A stretch of DNA of 64,000 nucleotides, from the NCBI GenBank assembly GCA_900546145.1, contig URBN01000001.1, positions 5,144 to 69,143 on the forward strand. The letters are read 5' to 3'. The translations under genes and the position numbers were made by a program. How positions within the stretch are numbered: position 1 is the first letter of the stretch; each line of letters begins with the position of its first letter. Under the pieces are notes generated by a model, which saw nothing but the letters and a program-made list of their open reading frames with translations, made no database searches and was not told the origin of the DNA. This stretch comes from an uncultured Desulfovibrio sp. GTDB taxonomy: Bacteria > Desulfobacterota > Desulfovibrionia > Desulfovibrionales > Desulfovibrionaceae. This document shows, piece by piece, positions 58,013 to 64,000 of the stretch.

Positions 58013-61000
58013 TTACTTTTCAATTACGATGTACCCGCCGCCGGATGTGCCATTCAGCTCGGGCTGATACATGGCTTCTGCCGACAGGGAGGGGATGAGG
58101 AAGCGTCCGGCTGTCACGGCGCGCACGCGGTACGTATAGACGCACTCATTTGTGTCGAGATTCGTGAAAAGAAGCGTCCTGTCCTCGCGGCGCTCCGCAT
58201 GATCAGGAGAGCTTCCCTGAGAAACAGGTCTGCCCCTCTCATCGAGAATCTGCTCGAAGCCGCCGGGGAGAAGATCAACCATGGCCGCATTTCTGATGCT
58301 CTTGGAAGCGCGGGCCCTGATCTCAACCGTAATGACATCGCCGACCCTGGCCTTTTCGATGGGTTCGCCGACCGTATTCAGATAACGGCGGCTCACGGAG
58401 ATTCCGTGTTCCGAGTTCACGGGCGGAGTCCTGTCAAACCCGGAAGTAGTGAGATGCCAGAACAGCTTTCCGAGGCTGCCCGGGGCGTCAATGCGGAACT
58501 TCCGACAGAGCGGGGCATTGAGTTCAGCGAGGATATCGCTGCTCTGCATGGAGGTACTGCTGTCCCCGTCCACGCATGAAAGTCTGATATTGGACGCTCC
58601 TTCTGAGGGGAGAGTTTGCACGGACAGGGCCCTGGCCGTGAGGGCAAGGGCCGTTGTGGTGCAGGAAGGCGAAAGAGCCCTGGCAAGCAGGTCATCGAAA
58701 GGTGCCCCTCCAAACGCATTCCAGGGCGCCGCACCGCGTACGGCGGTGGTAATGGCCAGGGCTACGGCAGGAGTGAAGAGCTCAGAGAGATCGTAATTCT
58801 GAAGACGGATCTTCTTCGGCATAAGAGTCTGTGCGTCCCTGAAGAGGCGCAGCTTCCAGAGACAGTCCGCCAGCAGGACGGCGGTGACGTCATCCTTCCA
58901 TTGCGGCGCGTACTGATTGAGCCATGTCCGCAGCCGCGAGATTTCCTGAGTCATGATCCGGCCGCTGCGCAGGAGAACCCAGCATGCGTATGCTTTGATC
59001 CGGGCATCCTGCAAATCGTTGCTTTCCCGGCCTGCCAGATGTTCCAGACAGTCGAGAACGGATTCCGTCAGCCCGGGAACCTCTCTTCCATGATCTCTGA
59101 GCGAGATCAGAAAGTCGCCGGCATAGACCGTTACGAAATCGTTGGGCGGCATGTTGGGCCAGAGTGAGACGCCGCTTCCGGACTCAAATGAACGCCGTAT
59201 GGCCTGCACGGCAGACTGGATTTCCTTTTCCATAGCCTTCCGGGTGCTTGCCGGATCTGAGTCCCGGGACGGCAGAAGTGCTGTCAGTCTTGGGCTGCCC
59301 AGAGCTGAAACATAGGGGAAGGCCCTGCTGATGAGCTGTTCCGTGCAGGAATAGGGATAGCCGTTCAGCTTGCTGACCACGGCACGGAACGCGGCGACAG
59401 GCCCCTGAGAGACCGTCAGTGTGTTGGCGGCATCAAAGGGGTAGATGCTGCGGCTGACTTGTATATCCATGGATCCCTGAGGCTTTCCCGTACTTTCCGT
59501 GATGCGGCGTACGGTTCCGGGACGCACAGAGAGTTCTTGCCGGCGCACGGCTTCAGGATGTCCGCTGCCTGTGGCAGAGGCTTTGAATGTGATGCCGGTC
59601 GGGCCGAGAATGTCAGCGGCCTGTGCTTCAAACGGTACGACTGCTTCTCCGTTTTCGGGGATAGTGAGATCGGCTTCCGTTTGTCCGTTCAGGGTCAGAC
59701 CTTTTTCGGGCGCGATTGTGACGTGTACACGCGCGTTTCCGCTGCCAGGCAGGGTGTTGCTCACGATCACGGCACCCTTGAACGCGTCTCCGGGCGCGGC
59801 AGCCAGAGGCAGGACGGGATGCATGATGAGAGAGCCCCGGACTGCGGATTCCGATCGTGCCGAACCGGCCAGCAGCCGTTTTTCAGGCGTGCAGGCGGAA
59901 CCCACGGCCATGACGCGGATGCGTCCGGAAAGGTAAGCCGGCACGGGGACATTTACGACGGTGCCATCAGGAGAAACATCAGCTATTCCCTGCCAGAAAG
60001 CGAAGGGCGGTTCGCTGCGCCGGCGGAAAGGATTCAGGAAACGTCCGCCGGGGCTGGCCATGCCACCGCCGAAGGCCGGGATACGTCCCTGCAGGCGGGC
60101 GTGATCGGGCATGAGAAGGTCGAAAGCCTGAGCGGTGACGGTGTCAAGGCTGCGGTCGGCAAGAAGATCGTTCAGCGGGTTGGGAGAAGCGAATCCGGTG
60201 AGCGAGAGAATGCCTTCGTCCACAGCGAAAAGGACCACTCTCCCAGGATGGGCAGCCTTAACCCTGATGCCGAGCGTGCTGCCCGGCAGCACTGTTTCGG
60301 GAACGCTGAGGCTGAGCCCCATGTCCCGGGCGGCCATGCCGCACAGGAAAGGTGCTGCCGCGTAGACCATGGGCTTCATGGCGAGAGCGCTGCTGGACTG
60401 CGATCTGTTGAAGAGTACGCTGACGTAGCCGCGACCCTCAAAGTTTTCAGGAACCGTGATTTCCTGGATTGTTTCTCCTGCCTTTGCCTGGAACCATTTG
60501 TGCGCCAGAACGGTATCCCTTTCAATGGTGATGAGTCCCGTGCCTTCATAAGGCAGGGAAAGATGCATTTTCAGTGTTTCTCCGGGGCGGCAGTCTTTTT
60601 TGTCAAGAATGAGCCTGAGATCACTTTTCGCCAGACCAGCTGTTCCCGTTTCACCCTGGGGAAGAGTGAGGTCATTTCCTGCGACTGTATATGGAACACT
60701 GGCCAGAATGGTGCCGTTTTTGTCTTTGAGAGTGAGCAGGAAATCTCCGGGCTTGGATGTGTCCAGGGCGACATCAAGTCCGTTTTCTGTCACGGCTGCA
60801 GTCTTTGAAGAAATAGGACTGTCCACAGGAGTGTCGTCGTAATGGTATTCGCCACGCGCGTCGACGACGAGAGAATTGACATAGCGCCGGTTGGCTAAGG
60901 CAACAGTGACGTCCTGGAGGGCGACATTACTGAGGTTATTGTCGAGGGCGATGAAGTGCAGTCCGGCCTCGGCATTCTGCATGAGACAGCCAAGATTATT

Positions 61001-63655
61001 GGCCGACTTCACGGGCCTGTAGCCGAGGATCACAGCGAGCGGAGAGAAGAGGGAGTCTATGCGGCGGGTGACACCGCGTCCTCCGGCTGCTTCAAACCCT
61101 TCGAGCTGTACTGAGCCTGAGAAGGTGCCGCGGTAGCCGCTGACGGGCAGGGAAATGCTGACTTTGCCATCGCTGTCGGTGACCGCAGCGGCAAGTTCCT
61201 GTGTGCGGGTCTCAGAGAGTGGCGGTGTTGCATCAAAAAAGGTGTAGTTTTCAAATCCTTTGAAGTGCAGGCGTGCCGGAGTGGCAGTCAGGGACGTGTG
61301 CACGCTGTGTCCGGCAGCCGCTGTCCCATAAAGAGTGGAAAGGCGGACGCTGACGCTGCTCTTGGGAGCGCTGCTGTCCGTGCGCACCCATCCTTTTGGT
61401 CTTGATGGCGCAAACTCGGTCTGCATGGCCAGGGTGTCTGGCTCGAATTCCTCAATGCGGGTAGAGCAGGAGCCGAGAATTTTTCCATCTTCGCCGCTCC
61501 CTCTGCCGGAGGGGAGCTGAATGTCGAGCCGGTAAGTTCCGGTGGCGCAGTCCGATGGAGAATCCCAGGAAATTTCAGCCAGCCCGTCGGTTCCGGGTAC
61601 AATCTTGGTTTTCTGCAGAACAATTCCCGTGGGACTGGTCAGTACGGCCTCAAGAGGCAGTTCCGCAGGCAGGGGCTGCCAGTCAAAGCGCCGGATGACG
61701 GTGCCGAAATGCAGGGTCTCGCCGGGCATGTACATACCGCGCTGCGTAAAGACGGAGGCAATAAGGCCGTCTCCGACTGCGTGGCGCCCCGACGTTTCAA
61801 AAGCGCTCATATCCAGTGTGCGGGATTTGTCCCTGAGAGAAAGCCAGGCCAGATCCGAGCCATTTTCGGCAGTGACGGCAGCAGGACTGCCGGCGTCAGG
61901 ACCAGAGGGAACCTTGGGAAAAACGGCGAGGCCCGTGCTGTTGGTTTTTGCCGTGGCCAGAGCCGTGCCGTTGGCAGCCAGAAGGGAGACGGTAGCACCC
62001 TGGCAGGCGGTGCCGTTTGAAAGCTGCTGGCAGAAAACCTGATATGAACCGTCTGCCGTGCGCTTTGCGACAAGTCCGATGTCCGAAACGAGAACAAAGC
62101 GGGACACGGAAGCTTCCTTCCGGCCGGAGCGGTATCCCTCGAGAGCGATCTGCATCACGCCGCGGACGTCATCGTTTGGTCCGCCTATGAGAGGAGCGAG
62201 GTCAAGGCTGGGGAAGGCTGCCCGGCCCTGAGGTCCTACGGGAACGGAGATGCGTCCCTCTACTGTCTCGCTCAGAGCCGTGATATCTTCAGCATCGGAG
62301 GCCCCGTTTTCTTCCAGGAAGATGTTTTTTGTCAGCATGGCAAGGAAAGGCAGGCGGACACGCCTGGCTTTCCACCTGATTTCATCGAGGCCCATGGCAT
62401 AGATATCGAGTTTTTTGGAGCCGCTGAGAGTCAGAATGCTGCCAGGCTGCAGGAAGGAGAGCCCGGATCCCATGTCAGGAGCCTGAATCACTCTCAGATA
62501 GGGCGCCGCGAGAGTGAGTCCGCTCGTGGAAGGCAGTCCGTTTTTCAGGAGAATGGCAATGTACCGGCCTGATTCGGCCGGGATGGTGTAGACAAAACGG
62601 CTGGACGGTTCGCTGGAAGTCAGGAGAACAGGGCTGAGTTTCTTGCCGTTTTTGAAGTCGTTTGCGGAGAGACTGGGCATTTTGCTCCAGTCCGTGTCAG
62701 AGACGGCGCTACTGTCGATGCGGGCGGGAAGTTCGGTGATATCAAGAAATTTTTCAAGATCTGCAGGGCGCACGTGCAGGCTGGTTTTTAATTCAAGGAC
62801 ATATCTGGTGTTGAGGCCGCTGTCGAAATCTTTGCGCAGAGTGATGTCTTTGATCTGCATGAGACGGGAGGAACCGCTGACTGTGAAGGAGCGGGATGCG
62901 GCTTTGGCGGCGACGTCGGGGAAATTACGCGTGCCGTTGTTTTTCATAATAAATGCGGGCATCCCGCTGATTTTCAGAACAGCTGGGGTGTTCTCTTCGG
63001 AGAGGCTCGCAATCGGGGCGGAAATGACCGCCTGATCCCTGTTTTCATTCCAGACGAAGCGCAGGGGACCAAAGGCCAGACCTGTCGCGGCGCCGGAAGG
63101 GGTCAGGGTCGTCCGCCTTTCAATATCGGACGTGTCGACGGGCCATACGAACTGAACGGGGATGGAAACCGCGTGTGTCCCCCTGGCTGCGGGATCAATC
63201 CAGATGGTTTCACGCTGGAAGGACACACCCTGGGGCTGGGTCTGGTACCTCAGTCTGAGCGGAGCCGCGCTGATGCGCTGGGGAATTCTGAGCCCGCTCA
63301 GATCAATGCTGTACACCGTACCGGGCTGCAGCTGCTTCTGTGGAGAAAAATGCAGGCTCGTGGGCCCAATCCAGCGCCACGATCCTGGGACGGACGGAGT
63401 CATGACGACACCATCGGCCGCTGCGTTGATTTCCCCGAAAGCAGGGGCATCGCACATCTGCGGCCATTCTTCTCCATATTTTTTTTCGCACTGTTTTGTG
63501 TCCAGATTAAAGAAGACGGAAAGTCCGTTATCCCACATGTCTGAAGCAGGATTGCTCGTACTTACCTTCCAGTAGGACGTGGCGGCATGGGGTGACAGGG
63601 GGGAAAGGAGGGATAGAACCAGGACGCAGGCAAAGAAAAAAGCGTGTCCGAGCAT
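58013..63655 (-). CDS. bacterial alpha-2-macroglobulin (YfhM/ECAM family) with intact CTEQ thioester
   Basis: The 1880-aa protein has a signal peptide, MG domains, the thioester motif GYPYSCTEQ and a C-terminal receptor-binding-like domain. It is paired with pbpC. Confidence 0.9.
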   Translation of the reverse strand: MLGHAFFFACVLVLSLLSPLSPHAATSYWKVSTSNPASDMWDNGLSVFFNLDTKQCEKKYGEEWPQMCDAPAFGEINAAADGVVMTPSVPGSWRWIGPTSLHFSPQKQLQPGTVYSIDLSGLRIPQRISAAPLRLRYQTQPQGVSFQRETIWIDPAARGTHAVSIPVQFVWPVDTSDIERRTTLTPSGAATGLAFGPLRFVWNENRDQAVISAPIASLSEENTPAVLKISGMPAFIMKNNGTRNFPDVAAKAASRSFTVSGSSRLMQIKDITLRKDFDSGLNTRYVLELKTSLHVRPADLEKFLDITELPARIDSSAVSDTDWSKMPSLSANDFKNGKKLSPVLLTSSEPSSRFVYTIPAESGRYIAILLKNGLPSTSGLTLAAPYLRVIQAPDMGSGLSFLQPGSILTLSGSKKLDIYAMGLDEIRWKARRVRLPFLAMLTKNIFLEENGASDAEDITALSETVEGRISVPVGPQGRAAFPSLDLAPLIGGPNDDVRGVMQIALEGYRSGRKEASVSRFVLVSDIGLVAKRTADGSYQVFCQQLSNGTACQGATVSLLAANGTALATAKTNSTGLAVFPKVPSGPDAGSPAAVTAENGSDLAWLSLRDKSRTLDMSAFETSGRHAVGDGLIASVFTQRGMYMPGETLHFGTVIRRFDWQPLPAELPLEAVLTSPTGIVLQKTKIVPGTDGLAEISWDSPSDCATGTYRLDIQLPSGRGSGEDGKILGSCSTRIEEFEPDTLAMQTEFAPSRPKGWVRTDSSAPKSSVSVRLSTLYGTAAAGHSVHTSLTATPARLHFKGFENYTFFDATPPLSETRTQELAAAVTDSDGKVSISLPVSGYRGTFSGSVQLEGFEAAGGRGVTRRIDSLFSPLAVILGYRPVKSANNLGCLMQNAEAGLHFIALDNNLSNVALQDVTVALANRRYVNSLVVDARGEYHYDDTPVDSPISSKTAAVTENGLDVALDTSKPGDFLLTLKDKNGTILASVPYTVAGNDLTLPQGETGTAGLAKSDLRLILDKKDCRPGETLKMHLSLPYEGTGLITIERDTVLAHKWFQAKAGETIQEITVPENFEGRGYVSVLFNRSQSSSALAMKPMVYAAAPFLCGMAARDMGLSLSVPETVLPGSTLGIRVKAAHPGRVVLFAVDEGILSLTGFASPNPLNDLLADRSLDTVTAQAFDLLMPDHARLQGRIPAFGGGMASPGGRFLNPFRRRSEPPFAFWQGIADVSPDGTVVNVPVPAYLSGRIRVMAVGSACTPEKRLLAGSARSESAVRGSLIMHPVLPLAAAPGDAFKGAVIVSNTLPGSGNARVHVTIAPEKGLTLNGQTEADLTIPENGEAVVPFEAQAADILGPTGITFKASATGSGHPEAVRRQELSVRPGTVRRITESTGKPQGSMDIQVSRSIYPFDAANTLTVSQGPVAAFRAVVSKLNGYPYSCTEQLISRAFPYVSALGSPRLTALLPSRDSDPASTRKAMEKEIQSAVQAIRRSFESGSGVSLWPNMPPNDFVTVYAGDFLISLRDHGREVPGLTESVLDCLEHLAGRESNDLQDARIKAYACWVLLRSGRIMTQEISRLRTWLNQYAPQWKDDVTAVLLADCLWKLRLFRDAQTLMPKKIRLQNYDLSELFTPAVALAITTAVRGAAPWNAFGGAPFDDLLARALSPSCTTTALALTARALSVQTLPSEGASNIRLSCVDGDSSTSMQSSDILAELNAPLCRKFRIDAPGSLGKLFWHLTTSGFDRTPPVNSEHGISVSRRYLNTVGEPIEKARVGDVITVEIRARASKSIRNAAMVDLLPGGFEQILDERGRPVSQGSSPDHAERREDRTLLFTNLDTNECVYTYRVRAVTAGRFLIPSLSAEAMYQPELNGTSGGGYIVIEK

Positions 63656-64000
63656 GATGCGAATTCCTCCCGGAGTATTTCAGGTATAGTTGCTTCAGTT
63701 TTACAGGATGTTCTAACCCCTGTCATCATCTATTTATTTGTTTGTTTCTTGATGAAATTCGGGTACAGAAACACGTTTTTTTCTTTTTTCCCTCTCTTAA
63801 AGCACGAAAAATTTTCCGGCCTGCAGAATGAAGATAATTTTGTGAAGCCCGTATGGCGCCCGATTCTGGCATACGCTGTAAGAAAGAGCCTGGGAGTCCT
63901 GCTTTTTATCTTTTTTGGGCAGGGTAAAACCGTGACCTGACGAGAGGAAAATAACTGTTTTTTCGTGACTGAATTTTTGTTTTTTACATGTTTTCGTGAG

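Noticed and set aside
57943-58023. pbpC start at the first codon of the ORF-track ORF (TTG/ATG at 58023) overlapping the a2M stop
   Set aside because: That extension runs through a GC hairpin plus T-tract, and its first residues (KSKFPCGGLCRHPPQ) are not signal-peptide-like. Starts at 57963, 57942 or 57930 give a Lys-rich N-terminus followed by a TM helix, as in PbpC.
59459-60808. 449-aa plus-strand ORF inside the alpha-2-macroglobulin gene
   Set aside because: It is antisense to a continuous 1880-aa a2M reading frame with the diagnostic thioester. It has no independent signals.

Overview
This window looks like a high-GC chromosomal region from a sulfate-reducing deltaproteobacterium (Desulfovibrionaceae; Desulfovibrio/Bilophila-like). 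It is densely coding and mostly housekeeping. I found no rRNA, tRNA, CRISPR array or mobile element. Main contents in order:
- obg (3' end), proB, a HEAT-repeat protein, a Pro-rich hypothetical, coaBC, a lipoprotein and queA.
- A complete rod-shape cluster on the minus strand: mreB, mreC, mreD, mrdA (PBP2), rodA.
- coaX, eno and folD.
- A small sugar-nucleotide / nonulosonic-acid-like cassette: an Fe-ADH-like oxidoreductase, a DegT-family aminotransferase, a NeuA-like::PseG-like fusion and a PseF/SpsF-like cytidylyltransferase, followed by an uncharacterised ORF.
- uvrD-family helicase, thiL, a class II aldolase, hemW, pepA, cobA/hemD fusion, purN.
- The hdrCBA-flxDCBA (Hdr-Flox) operon. FlxA carries an unusual 150-aa Lys/Ala/Glu-rich N-terminal extension encoded by 54-bp tandem repeats.
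- An aromatic-amino-acid group: aroQ, an aminotransferase, and a chorismate-mutase-like::EPSP-synthase-like fusion next to a stand-alone chorismate-mutase-like gene.
- The core dissimilatory sulfate reduction locus aprBA-qmoABC plus the conserved downstream hypothetical.
- An orphan HigA-like HTH protein, slyX, a PaaK-like ligase operon that ends with a Met-rich EF-hand periplasmic protein, a ClC transporter, and the alpha-2-macroglobulin/PbpC pair.

The long ORFs antisense to real genes are high-GC artefacts. Coordinates of non-ORF motifs were counted by hand from the line labels and may be off by 1-2 nt.
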